A stretch of 38,813 nucleotides of DNA from an uncultured Bacilli bacterium (GTDB lineage: Bacteria > Bacillota_I > Bacilli_A > RF39 > UBA660): positions 1-38,813 of the forward strand of contig CASDHD010000001.1 of assembly GCA_949280095.1 (NCBI GenBank). The letters are read 5' to 3'. The notes under the pieces were generated by a model. That model had not been told where the DNA came from. It did not search any database and was given only the letters and a program-made list of their open reading frames with translations. Positions 16,501-23,461 of this stretch are shown here, piece by piece. Within the stretch, counting starts at the first letter, position 1. The number at the start of each line of letters is the position of its first letter. Made by a program: the position numbers and the translations under genes.

Positions 16501-19185
16501 AAAAATCATGTAAAAAATCATGTTGCTCTTATTAAAAGACAATTTGATACCATGGCTGGATCTTTCCATGTTGAAAGTTGGAATAACTTCACTATTATGG
16601 TTTATGATACAGTAAAAACGATTACAGGATACAAAACAAATTATTTCCCAGGAACAAATATTCCAATGGGAACCTCTCCTGTTACAACATGGAATAGAAG
16701 TGGAACGACAACGGAACCATTCTCTAAAAACTTCAATGAAGCGGTAGGAGCATGGCAATATGGTTCCGCAGCAGGTGTTGGTAATACTGCAGGATTCTTA
16801 TGGTTTATTGCAAGACCAGGACTAACAAACTACGATACTTGGACCCATGAATTTGAACATGCCCTTTACGATAAAATTATGTTGTTTAGAAAAGGGGCAA
16901 GATTACAACTAGAAACATATACAGAAGGAAATGTTCAGCAAAAAGAAACTTGGAGTAACAATAATATTAGTGGTTACGATGTCGGACCTTATTACTTCAA
17001 TTTTGCCTTTACCTTAGGAAAAGAAAGTATGGCAACCCAAAATTTAACACCAGAAAGAATTAATACGAGAGAAAAATTAGAAAATTATTTTAAAGGCCAA
17101 TTTGACGCCTTAGAACTTCTAGATTATGTTTCAGCGAAAGCATTCATTCAATTAACTCCAGAAGAACAAGCAAAAATCGCAACAAGAATGAATACATCGG
17201 CTGGTTGGAGTACATGGGGAACCATTACGAAAGAACAAGCCGAAGCCATGAACTTAACAACGTTAGAATCCCTTTGGGATAATCGAATTATGTTAAGACC
17301 GAATAATGCATGGGGAGTGAGTGTTCGAGGACTTGTACCAATCAACAGTATTGGTGCCAATGATTATGGTTATGAATCCATTTGGGTAACCCGTTGGTAT
17401 ATGGGGCATTACGACAATGGATATGCAGATGCGTTCTCCAATAAGAAAAACATGTTTGAAATGTTAGGCTATGCTGGAGTCGATGGTTATGTAACCTTTG
17501 GTAGTAAAATGAGTAGTTCTGATTTAGACGCCATTCAAAAAATAACACTCGCCAAAACAGGAACCGCCATGAACTGGAAAGAATACAGAATGAGTCGCTA
17601 TGCGGAAATTGAATCTAAACTTGATAACAAATATGTCAACATTGATTTAATGATTGAACAATTTGTCGATGCTTTAAGAAATGATGCAAAAAATGGCAAT
17701 CGAAACATTACAAGCGGAACCAATCTTCGTAAGATTTACTATCATTACTTAAAAAGAGTCACCAATGACTTTATAGATGACCCACTAGGAACCAACTTAG
17801 AAATGACACATATTAAAACGGCTGAAGAATTAGTAAATAAAATCAATGCAGAACCTTATGGATATTACATATTAGACAATGACATTGACTTTAGCGGAAT
17901 GACTCAAAATGTAACGCAAACATTTATGGGAAAACTAGATGGAAATGGTCATAAAATTATAGGAAATAAAATACCAATCTTCCAAAAAATTCGTTTTGGA
18001 TATGTAAAAGACTTAGTACTTGAAAGAACAGACATTCCAATGAATATAGCAAACGTGGGAGCCTTATCAGTAAGAACCGAATACAGTGTATTAGAAAACG
18101 TAAAAGCCAAAGAACTACAACTAAACTTTGGTGGAAGAAATGATGTAAGTTTAATTGGAGGATCTGTTGGAACAACTGTTACTAGTGGAATTGAAGTAGA
18201 AACCTTAAAAAATAAGATAACCAGTATAGAAGATTTCCAAAAATTAAATGAGAATCCGGGTGGTATCTACGTTTTAGAGGCAGATTTAGATTTCACAGGT
18301 TACACAGGAACTGGTTCAGTAATTACTACAACATTTACTGGAAAACTAAATGGAAATGGACATACCCTTTCCAACTTAAATAACTTATCATTATTTAATA
18401 CGATAACAGGAACTGTCGAAAATTTAAATATTCAAAACTTTACGAATATCGCTACATCTACTAGTGATGATATTTCGGCTTTTGCGAAACTTACAAACGG
18501 TGCTACAATTAGAAACTTGAAGTTTGACGGTATTACTTTAGAAGGAAGACATAGAGTAGCAGTTGTTGCATCATTTGATAATCAAAATTCTACATTTGAA
18601 AATATTTCTGTTAGAAATGCTAGTGTTAAAGCTACAGGTGTATATGTTTCAACGTTTATTGGTCGAAAATATGGTGGTACTGTCAAAAATGTATTTGTTG
18701 CAGGAAGTATCGAAATCGTCATGACCGAGAATGGTGGAATTGTTGGAGCTTTCCAAAAAGGTGGAACGATTGAGAATGTTATTTCAAAAGTTGATATTCA
18801 TAAAACTGGAAATACTTATAGTCCTGTTGCTAATAGTGAATTTAATGGTGGATTAATAGGAAATATTTATGATACACCAATGATTAAGAATTCTATAGCT
18901 TTAGGTAATATGGAAGGATTTGTAGATAGTGAAGGTGTAGAAAAAATTCCATATAAAGTAACAGGAGCTTTACCAGCTACGATTACTGCTACGATGGATA
19001 ATGTTTATGAATATTTAGGAAGTCTTGGATTCAGTAGTGTTACAGAAGAAACTTCAACAAGTTTAAAAGTTGTAACGGAAGAAGAAATTCATACAAAAGA
19101 ATTTTATCGAGATACATTACATTTTGATGAGACTATTTGGAATTTAGAAACTATAGAATCTAAGGGATATCCAGAGTTGAAATAA
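10555..19185 (+). CDS. Giant cell-surface ZmpA/ZmpB/ZmpC-like (peptidase M26) zinc metalloprotease with N-terminal cohesin-like and dockerin modules
   Basis: Signal peptide MKKRIMNVIALLMFLMFSVQNVSA. Cohesin-like N-terminal domain and Pro/Thr linker. Two TM helices (WILILILAQLLIVIGLYL and LWVLGFILTEFMGITGAYA). Dockerin type I duplicated Ca-loops (NGDSEINYADV and NMDGKLNVTDL). Four diverged roughly 200-aa repeat modules, each starting VLKDKP or NKRKP. GLUG-like VGGLIG/VGGIVG and G(T/K)LNGNG(Y/H) motifs. HEFEH zinc site at 16846-16860. Confidence 0.8.
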   Translation: MKKRIMNVIALLMFLMFSVQNVSASSSMDTNLTSSSIELKSNETVEVTFSFSNFREINKGINAYKGTLEYDKNIFEEVLQSDFVSQNNWEELKFNAANNQFIAYRKVGTKVGENVLKFTLKVKDNVEATKTIVKIKDLTVSEGKVDILLSDALVELNIVKEQQTIPTTPTAPNKPNAGGTINNSTNISGSLSGNKVETNTPTNPDYPKDDIKNDETQDETSSDKNNGFDVSKEETTPNTEEIQAKKTSHKFTWILILILAQLLIVIGLYLKYKSKDKNRTINLSLWVLGFILTEFMGITGAYAYDFSKKGELNGDSEINYADVSLLELHLINLKTLEEDKLEKADMNMDGKLNVTDLSILIQKIENTLEYDVEIASLELDNAYPNKMEDVVVRFNADVSFGANIQKIIMNNQEYEVEKEPNTALYMIKLNAGEHPGVKEYTITEALLDNDKKVKINYTFKMDVLKDKPSIENYYVEENKDDSKLILNFDVIDYENSIQSAYVEFYDESQTLITQEAIVKGKNQIEFSVEEAKEYLANIILNYKLSSSEEDDEHKGVESYEKELQLLIDYNLTIQNIKTYKGNQETTVFSKEDKVKLIFESTNATKHIPKSIKVGGKEYEVVEENNQYVAELDPLAELGSQTIAIEEVILSNGKKIELNENNTVTIQVNKRKPVVEDLSTAEFTEMNKLKVMFHLDDLDEAVTNVYIQVLDASDNEIDHLNLARNELGSDGIVNKFFTTRMTTKYKVKVFLTYNITGNDVDSVTDELVKEEIVEADPRVEIKSIIANSKYVEKGGVLKLTFDLDSNKEDDITRILINNIDCIAVKLDNGNYEATLNVGNSSGIYPLSITRFTYSNGDVATTDETVNVEVLKDKPQIVNFVQIDNLDTKEVTLRFDVLDEENSFISGKALLNLDGISVEKDIVKGHNEVTFQVEPSTKYTLKINATYDLDSNTLPGSPEEDNRVIDETLTTKEVELILDYELNIRNIKTYNENGTTKYFNKYEPIIVSFESTNTTNFEPIKAVINGVLYPLTKKDNAYYLTISSERTYGVKTGRLEKIILSNSKEIIISENNEFRLTVLKDKPTVEQFGYKENIDATISASFKVIDLENTITGGKAIVLKNGTIVKEQALENGLNTITFMPEENQNYIVKVIADYDLDMNVLESDANEYHDVTLLEADITLGARKFEMKDIIRTSIYKQTDDGVVEISNLSESDLSNLDQYIAKVYMKEMPTFYTKINGYRIEDNQLILTLDYDNVVEYNGESKVDALEIVYGAINDEGVAENITLEGLIRAMEQNPTGTFTLTRDYDASIITSNDISLVSSFMGTLNGNGYTIHNLSKPLFGTIESATIENLILDSPKLSGVNSRGTIANTAMNSTIYNVHIKDLNLISGTNRVGGLIGEATATTFDQSSVTNFQITTSLHIRVGGIVGNMTGGAITNCYVEGDLKSTQNKDGNGISGVLGTGDGTDVITIENCITKVTYTNNVSARLNGDIVGLALNNNTILKNNVSLSTGTNFYSVHGSSINSLSTNNYELADSGLVSNASGAYVSQVTKEELTTEFFKNTANFDENIWDLSNVSYDKPPVLKVTEVDGEVIDEESSNNNKLYIPDYSRISKISGYTISKDILYHNINKLMPYYDAKYLIEDGLKISNDHELNSKIIKHILPYSNNKLVTYLTSQNNNSITSIKIVFDDQTTSQYNVTFKELKQDISIYEIEGLGIDYAYNNYVIKDSASIVDVIIDYINSVDYTTILDPLTTAADSRLYKDHYNEVMKPLAETIALQLLQNDGNSILNMDSELLNNKIKQELIDSGRLDKILYAYNYYHRWYHFEIGGAKVSDLLFFEGKMYKDSMTIDNLTEEVLTGNLGTNATHTFFANSLSKYTGSSALTYYLDGVIRNIGGYEDINDWFTEHFSSIGILAEIPVENHPEVKYRAWDRLKGFQNFILPLSTLPKYAGYIISGPAQFQVGAQRVYIADPTTASGQNTVKNHVKNHVALIKRQFDTMAGSFHVESWNNFTIMVYDTVKTITGYKTNYFPGTNIPMGTSPVTTWNRSGTTTEPFSKNFNEAVGAWQYGSAAGVGNTAGFLWFIARPGLTNYDTWTHEFEHALYDKIMLFRKGARLQLETYTEGNVQQKETWSNNNISGYDVGPYYFNFAFTLGKESMATQNLTPERINTREKLENYFKGQFDALELLDYVSAKAFIQLTPEEQAKIATRMNTSAGWSTWGTITKEQAEAMNLTTLESLWDNRIMLRPNNAWGVSVRGLVPINSIGANDYGYESIWVTRWYMGHYDNGYADAFSNKKNMFEMLGYAGVDGYVTFGSKMSSSDLDAIQKITLAKTGTAMNWKEYRMSRYAEIESKLDNKYVNIDLMIEQFVDALRNDAKNGNRNITSGTNLRKIYYHYLKRVTNDFIDDPLGTNLEMTHIKTAEELVNKINAEPYGYYILDNDIDFSGMTQNVTQTFMGKLDGNGHKIIGNKIPIFQKIRFGYVKDLVLERTDIPMNIANVGALSVRTEYSVLENVKAKELQLNFGGRNDVSLIGGSVGTTVTSGIEVETLKNKITSIEDFQKLNENPGGIYVLEADLDFTGYTGTGSVITTTFTGKLNGNGHTLSNLNNLSLFNTITGTVENLNIQNFTNIATSTSDDISAFAKLTNGATIRNLKFDGITLEGRHRVAVVASFDNQNSTFENISVRNASVKATGVYVSTFIGRKYGGTVKNVFVAGSIEIVMTENGGIVGAFQKGGTIENVISKVDIHKTGNTYSPVANSEFNGGLIGNIYDTPMIKNSIALGNMEGFVDSEGVEKIPYKVTGALPATITATMDNVYEYLGSLGFSSVTEETSTSLKVVTEEEIHTKEFYRDTLHFDETIWNLETIESKGYPELK

Positions 19186-19204
19186 ACTAAAATGATTAAG
19201 AAAG

Positions 19205-19238
19205 AAATCTGTGATGTTTTCATAGATTTTTTCTTTTT
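19205..19238 (+). terminator. Rho-independent terminator after the metalloprotease gene
   Basis: 9-bp stem aaatctgtg/catagattt (one G-U pair), a 7-nt loop, then a T-run. Confidence 0.7.
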
Positions 19239-19257
19239 CACTTAATTATCACAAATG
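19222..19257 (+). repeat. 36-bp intergenic repeat, copy 1 (partner at 20219-20254)
   Basis: atagattttttctttttcacttaattatcacaaatg compared with atagattttttctttttcactaaattatcacaattg: 34 of 36 identical. Confidence 0.85.
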
Positions 19258-19272
19258 TATCTATAAAGAGGA

Positions 19273-19312
19273 AGAGGAGGTGACAAATTTATCCTGAGAG
19301 GAGGTGACAAAT
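19273..19312 (+). promoter_or_regulatory. Two 16-bp direct repeats AGAGGAGGTGACAAAT with a 24-bp period, abutting a promoter (candidate activator or response-regulator site)
   Basis: Identical copies at 19273-19288 and 19297-19312. The second ends 2 nt before the -35 hexamer. Confidence 0.4.
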
Positions 19313-19314
19313 AC

Positions 19315-19343
19315 TTGACAATATTTACAAATTCATGTATACT
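19315..19343 (+). promoter_or_regulatory. Near-consensus sigma-A promoter for the 19379 gene
   Basis: TTGACA (19315-19320), 17-nt spacer, TATACT (19338-19343). Confidence 0.6.
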
Positions 19344-19378
19344 AAACGATAATTAAGAAAAAGAGGGGGAGTTCTATT

Positions 19379-20161
19379 ATGAAATTAATAAATACTCAAA
19401 GTTTTAATAAAAAAATCAAGAAAAAGCAAATCATTCAAGCAGGAGCTATTTGCATTGGGACAATGTTAATTACGACATTATCTTTAAAAACAGAAGATGC
19501 TAAATTATTAGAAAATTTTAACCAAGGCTTAGAGATGGGTGCTATAAAGTATCCTTTAGAGTATAATGGGGGAAAAAATCACTATGGAATTAGAGATTAT
19601 AATCACGGTGCTTCTTGGGATTATGAGGAATACGAAACTTTTTTTGGTAAAATAGAGGAATATCAAACCACTAATTCTGTTGTTATGGAAGTTATACAAG
19701 GAAAATATGGTAACGGTGAAGATAGAAAACAAGGTTTAGAAGCAAATGGATATGATTATGATGAAATTCAGTCTGGTGTCAATGAATATTACAAAAATTC
19801 TTATGAAGAAAGTAGTACTTTAAATGAGTCAATAGAAATTTTAGAGCCATGTTTAAATCCACCAAGTTGTAGTGATAACTATAGTAGTGCTTTAGCATCA
19901 GAATATAATGTTTGTCATCCTTATGAAAATGGTATAGATCCTTATATTGGTAGTGAATCTATGTCTTATGAGGCTCCTAAAGGTTATATATATAATATTG
20001 ATAGTAGTCCTATGTCTTATGAGGCTGCCAAAGAGTATATAGATAGTGAAATTAATAAGCGCGGAGGTAATATTACTTACGGTGAACTTGAAAGGACTTT
20101 GGTGAGAGAATTTGGGGTTACAGGACGAGAGTATTATAGAGATTATATCAACGGTAGATAA
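19379..20161 (+). CDS. Membrane-anchored or secreted protein with one CW_7 (Cpl-7-like) cell-wall-binding repeat
   Basis: RBS agaggggga. N-terminal hydrophobic segment IIQAGAICIGTMLITTL. CW_7-like VIQGKYGNGEDRKQGLEANGYDYDEIQSGVNEYY. Internal duplication SMSYEAPKGYIY / PMSYEAAKEYID. Confidence 0.6.
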   Translation: MKLINTQSFNKKIKKKQIIQAGAICIGTMLITTLSLKTEDAKLLENFNQGLEMGAIKYPLEYNGGKNHYGIRDYNHGASWDYEEYETFFGKIEEYQTTNSVVMEVIQGKYGNGEDRKQGLEANGYDYDEIQSGVNEYYKNSYEESSTLNESIEILEPCLNPPSCSDNYSSALASEYNVCHPYENGIDPYIGSESMSYEAPKGYIYNIDSSPMSYEAAKEYIDSEINKRGGNITYGELERTLVREFGVTGREYYRDYINGR

Positions 20162-20195
20162 ATTTTTAAATTGTATAGCAAAAGTTATTATAAAC

Positions 20196-20235
20196 AAAAT
20201 CTATAGAGAAAAAGCTTTATAGATTTTTTCTTTTT
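20196..20235 (+). terminator. Rho-independent terminator
   Basis: 13-bp stem aaaatctatagag/ctttatagatttt (one G-U pair), a 6-nt loop, then a T-run. Confidence 0.75.
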
Positions 20236-20254
20236 CACTAAATTATCACAATTG
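20219..20254 (+). repeat. 36-bp intergenic repeat, copy 2
   Basis: See copy 1. Followed by TATACT at 20258-20263, then the response-regulator gene. Confidence 0.85.
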
Positions 20255-20277
20255 CGTTATACTATTATGAAGAGGAA

Positions 20278-20949
20278 GTGATATCTTTGAAGGTACTTAT
20301 TGTAGATGATGAAGAATTAATACGTGATGTTATAAAAGAATATTTAAAATTAGAACATATTGATTTTTTAGAAGCAAGTGATGGGTATGAAGCTATTGAA
20401 AAAATTAAAAATAATTCCTTTGATGTTGTTATCATGGATATTATGATGCCTAAAATGGATGGCTATACTGCAGTGAAAGAGATTCGTAAATTTAGTAGTG
20501 TCCCTTTTATTATGCTTTCTGCTCGAAGCGAAGAATATGATAAACTTACTTGCTTTGATATAGGTGTTGATGATTATGTGACAAAACCCTTTAGTCCTAG
20601 AGAACTTATTGCGCGTATTAAAGCTGTGACAAAAAGAAATCAAAATAATAGTTCTTTTTATAAATTCAAAGGATTAGAAATTCATAAAGATGCACATGAA
20701 GTTTATGTGGATAACTCTTTAGTACAATTAACTCCTAAAGAATATGATTTACTTATTTATTTAATTGAAAATAAAAATATTGCCTTGTCGCGTGAAAATT
20801 TACTGACAAATATTTGGGGATATGATTTTTATGGTGATGATAGAACTGTTGATACGCATATGAAAACGCTAAGAAATAATTTAGGAAAATATCGTGACTT
20901 TATTGTAACTATTCGGAAAGTAGGGTATAAGTTTGAATATAAGGAGTAA
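20278..20949 (+). CDS. OmpR/PhoB-family response regulator
   Basis: Receiver domain (VLIVDDEE, VIMDIMMPKMDG, LSA...K) plus a winged-helix output domain (LTPKEYDLLIYL, VDTHMKTLRNNLG, IVTIRKVGYKF). The start is either GTG 20278 or TTG 20287. Confidence 0.9.
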   Translation: MISLKVLIVDDEELIRDVIKEYLKLEHIDFLEASDGYEAIEKIKNNSFDVVIMDIMMPKMDGYTAVKEIRKFSSVPFIMLSARSEEYDKLTCFDIGVDDYVTKPFSPRELIARIKAVTKRNQNNSSFYKFKGLEIHKDAHEVYVDNSLVQLTPKEYDLLIYLIENKNIALSRENLLTNIWGYDFYGDDRTVDTHMKTLRNNLGKYRDFIVTIRKVGYKFEYKE

Positions 20950-22354
20950 AGCGCATAAGTTTGTAGAGATTCTTAAAGAAAAAAAGAATAGCTTAAATAT
21001 TAAAACGTTACTTTATTTAGTCTTGTTTAGTTTAGGCATTATTGTATTTTTGTGGATATTTCAAGTATTGTTTTTACAGTTTAGTTATGAACATTATCAA
21101 ATTAAAAAGATGAATGCGATTGTAAATCAAATTGATTCAACAGATTTGGAGAATTTAGATACTACTCTTACAACTTTAGCGTATCAAAATGAAGTTTGTA
21201 TAGAATATGAAACAAATTTCGGAACTAAAATTACCTATAATACTTTACAAGTAGGCTGTGGTTTAGATAAAAATATTAGTAGTATTAATAAAATTAAAAG
21301 TAGTTTAAAAAGTTCAGAAACACGAAAAAGTGGTGTAAAACTTGTTAATCCTACCTATAAAAACAAAGCTTATTTATATGGGATTAAAGTGAATTCTGGA
21401 TATGTATTTGTCTATAGTAGTTTAGAAGATATTGATTCTACAAGTATTATTTTAAAAGGCCAACTCATTTATATTATGTTTTTAGTTTTAGTATTTGCTT
21501 GTTTTATTGCTTATTTTTTATCAAAAAAAATAACGAAACCAATTATTAATATAACTAAAAAAGCAAGAGAAATGGGAAAAGGAAATTATGATGTTGTTTT
21601 TCATGAAAATGGAACACTTGAAATTGATGATTTGGCCAAGACTTTGAATAATGCTTGTAAAGATATGAAAATGATAGATGAATTAAGACGTGATTTGCTT
21701 GCAAATGTAAGTCATGATTTGAAAACACCTTTAACAATGATTAAGGCTTATGCAGAGATGGTGCGAGATATTTCTTATAAGGATAAAGTAAAGCGAAATA
21801 AAGATCTCAATATTATTATAGAAGAAACGGATCGCTTGAATATTTTGGTGAATGATTTACTTGATTTATCTAAATTAGAAGCCAATAGTGAAAAATTAAA
21901 TATGATAACTTATGATTTAGTAGAGCAAATTCATTCGGTTTTAAGTCGTTATGATATTATAAAAGAAACAGAAAAGTATAATTTTGTATTAGAACTGCCA
22001 GATAAAGCTATGGTATGTGCAGATAAGAATAAGATTAACCAAGTTATCTACAATTTATTAAATAATGCTATCAATTATACAGGTAAAGATAAAAAAGTAA
22101 CTGTACGTGTTACGGAAAAAGAAAAAAGTTATTTGGTTGAAATTATAGATACAGGAAAAGGTATCAAAACTTCGGATATGCCTTACATTTGGGATAAGTA
22201 CTATAAAAATGAAAAGAACCATAAACGTAATGTAGTAGGAACTGGTATAGGGTTATCTATTGTTCGTAATATTTTAGAAATGCATAATTTTGTTTATGGT
22301 GTAAAAAGTAAAAAAGGGCATGGTACAATATTCTATTTTGAGATTGTAAAGTGA
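20933..22354 (+). CDS. Sensor histidine kinase (two TM helices, HAMP, HisKA, HATPase_c)
   Basis: TTG start overlapping the response-regulator stop. H-box ANVSHDLKTPLT, N box NLLNNAINYT, G boxes DTGKGI and GTGIGLSIV. Confidence 0.9.
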   Translation: MNIRSKAHKFVEILKEKKNSLNIKTLLYLVLFSLGIIVFLWIFQVLFLQFSYEHYQIKKMNAIVNQIDSTDLENLDTTLTTLAYQNEVCIEYETNFGTKITYNTLQVGCGLDKNISSINKIKSSLKSSETRKSGVKLVNPTYKNKAYLYGIKVNSGYVFVYSSLEDIDSTSIILKGQLIYIMFLVLVFACFIAYFLSKKITKPIINITKKAREMGKGNYDVVFHENGTLEIDDLAKTLNNACKDMKMIDELRRDLLANVSHDLKTPLTMIKAYAEMVRDISYKDKVKRNKDLNIIIEETDRLNILVNDLLDLSKLEANSEKLNMITYDLVEQIHSVLSRYDIIKETEKYNFVLELPDKAMVCADKNKINQVIYNLLNNAINYTGKDKKVTVRVTEKEKSYLVEIIDTGKGIKTSDMPYIWDKYYKNEKNHKRNVVGTGIGLSIVRNILEMHNFVYGVKSKKGHGTIFYFEIVK

Positions 22355-22527
22355 TTTAAGTTTCACATAGACTTCACAGTTCTTTCATATTCCTTTGTTA
22401 TGATTTAGTCATAGAAAGGAAGGGATGTATATAGTTTAAAAAAAGTAGTAAAAAAAAATATATAAATAACGATAACTCTATACAATTTTTAAATAACATA
22501 TAAACTCAAACTCACACTTTTTGAAAA

Positions 22528-22557
22528 AGAACACGGATTTAGGTGTTCTTTTTCTTT
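22528..22557 (+). terminator. Rho-independent terminator (A-run upstream, so possibly bidirectional)
   Basis: agaacac / gtgttct stem with an 8-nt loop, then tttttctttt. Confidence 0.6.
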
Positions 22558-22597
22558 TGGAAAATTACCAACTTTGGTTTTTTTAGTAAAAAAGTAG

Positions 22598-22626
22598 TTG
22601 ACAAATCCCTTTGTTTTTAATATTAT
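22598..22626 (+). promoter_or_regulatory. Sigma-A promoter of the NAD operon
   Basis: TTGACA (22598-22603), 17-nt spacer, TATTAT (22621-22626). Confidence 0.55.
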
Positions 22627-22631
22627 GTTAA

Positions 22632-22653
22632 TAACAAGTCAAAAAACTTGTTA
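22632..22653. promoter_or_regulatory. Perfect inverted repeat TAACAAGT-N6-ACTTGTTA just downstream of the -10
   Basis: The arms at 22632-22639 and 22646-22653 are exact reverse complements. Confidence 0.3.
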
Positions 22654-22667
22654 AAATTTAACTGTGT

Positions 22668-22690
22668 GTTATTAATAAAATGTTAATAAG
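22668..22690. promoter_or_regulatory. Candidate NAD-regulon operator 1: GTTATTAA-N7-TTAATAAG
   Basis: gttattaataaaatgttaataag contains the palindrome TTATTAA-N7-TTAATAA. It is nearly identical to the site at 22725-22747. Confidence 0.45.
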
Positions 22691-22724
22691 TGTTCTTAAA
22701 AAAGAATATATTATTTTAAGTTTT

Positions 22725-22747
22725 GTTATTAACAAAACGTTAATAAG
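22725..22747. promoter_or_regulatory. Candidate NAD-regulon operator 2: GTTATTAA-N7-TTAATAAG
   Basis: gttattaacaaaacgttaataag matches operator 1 at 21 of 23 positions. It ends 15 nt before the ATG of the first operon gene. Confidence 0.45.
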
Positions 22748-22762
22748 AAAAGAGGAAAGAAA

Positions 22763-23446
22763 ATGAAAAATATGAAAACAGAAAGAGAGAATCTAGAAAA
22801 AAGAAGAGAAATGTTAGTGCAAAGAAAGGATTTAAAAGAATTTAAAAAAGCATTGTATGTTATTGATATGAATAATGGTTTTGTTCATTTTGGACCAATG
22901 GCAAATAAAAGTTATTTAAATTTAGTTCCTGAACAACTAAAGTTAATTGAAAAAATGAAACGCGAAAACGAACTTGTAAATTTTGTATTAGAGGGACATC
23001 GTGCTGATGCAACTGAATTCAAGAAGTATCCACCTCACTGTATTAAAGGGACAAAGGAAGTAGAAATAATACCAGAAATTCAAAATGCAATAGTTCTTCC
23101 TAACACAAATCTTTATGAAAAAAATTCTACAATGGGAATGTTTAATCACAATGTTCAAAGTGACATAAAGGATATGAAAAATTTACAAGAGGTCATATTC
23201 TGTGGCGTATGTGCAGATTTATGTGTTATGGATTTTGCCAGACCTTTTTCAAGGTATTTAGATGAAATCAATAAGGAAGCAATTCTTTTTGCTGTAAAAA
23301 GTGCTATTGATACTTTTGATAGTCCTGAGCATAATCGTGAAGAATGGTTAAACATTGCTTATAAAGTAATGGAACAAGCCGGAATTATAACGGTAGAAAA
23401 TTTTGAAGAATTAGAAGAATTTGAAAGAAAACTAGGGTTAAAGTAG
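22763..23446 (+). CDS. pncA: Isochorismatase-family cysteine hydrolase, probably nicotinamidase
   Basis: VIDMNNGF (Asp), a conserved Lys, and FCGVCADLCV (catalytic Cys). It is the first gene of the NAD salvage operon and is followed by pncB. Confidence 0.6.
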   Translation: MKNMKTERENLEKRREMLVQRKDLKEFKKALYVIDMNNGFVHFGPMANKSYLNLVPEQLKLIEKMKRENELVNFVLEGHRADATEFKKYPPHCIKGTKEVEIIPEIQNAIVLPNTNLYEKNSTMGMFNHNVQSDIKDMKNLQEVIFCGVCADLCVMDFARPFSRYLDEINKEAILFAVKSAIDTFDSPEHNREEWLNIAYKVMEQAGIITVENFEELEEFERKLGLK

Positions 23447-23461
23447 GAGGAGAAGAGAAAA

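Noticed and set aside
16498-16521. In-frame 12-bp tandem duplication gtaaaaaatcat x2 (VKNHVKNH) in the metalloprotease gene.
   Set aside because: It is small and in-frame with no predicted consequence. Noted only as a minor slippage event.
10863-18175. Numerous 60-112-aa minus-strand ORFs inside the metalloprotease gene, and similar antisense ORFs in pheS, pheT, nadE, the response-regulator and kinase genes, the DGR target and elsewhere.
   Set aside because: They lie entirely within strongly supported + strand genes, have low-complexity or odd composition and no RBS. They are typical shadow ORFs of AT-rich sequence.
19274-19312. GAGGAGGTGACAAAT repeats read as two Shine-Dalgarno plus GTG mini-ORFs (VTNLS* and VTNT*), in other words leader peptides.
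   Set aside because: The GGAGG abuts the GTG with essentially no spacer, which is incompatible with initiation. The repeats sit upstream of the -35 hexamer, so they would not be in the mRNA from that promoter.
22390-22421. Strong bulged hairpin (7 bp + 6 bp) 36 nt after the histidine-kinase stop.
   Set aside because: No U-tract follows, so it was not called a terminator. The canonical terminator is at 22528-22557. It may be an RNA-stability element, but nothing further supports a function.
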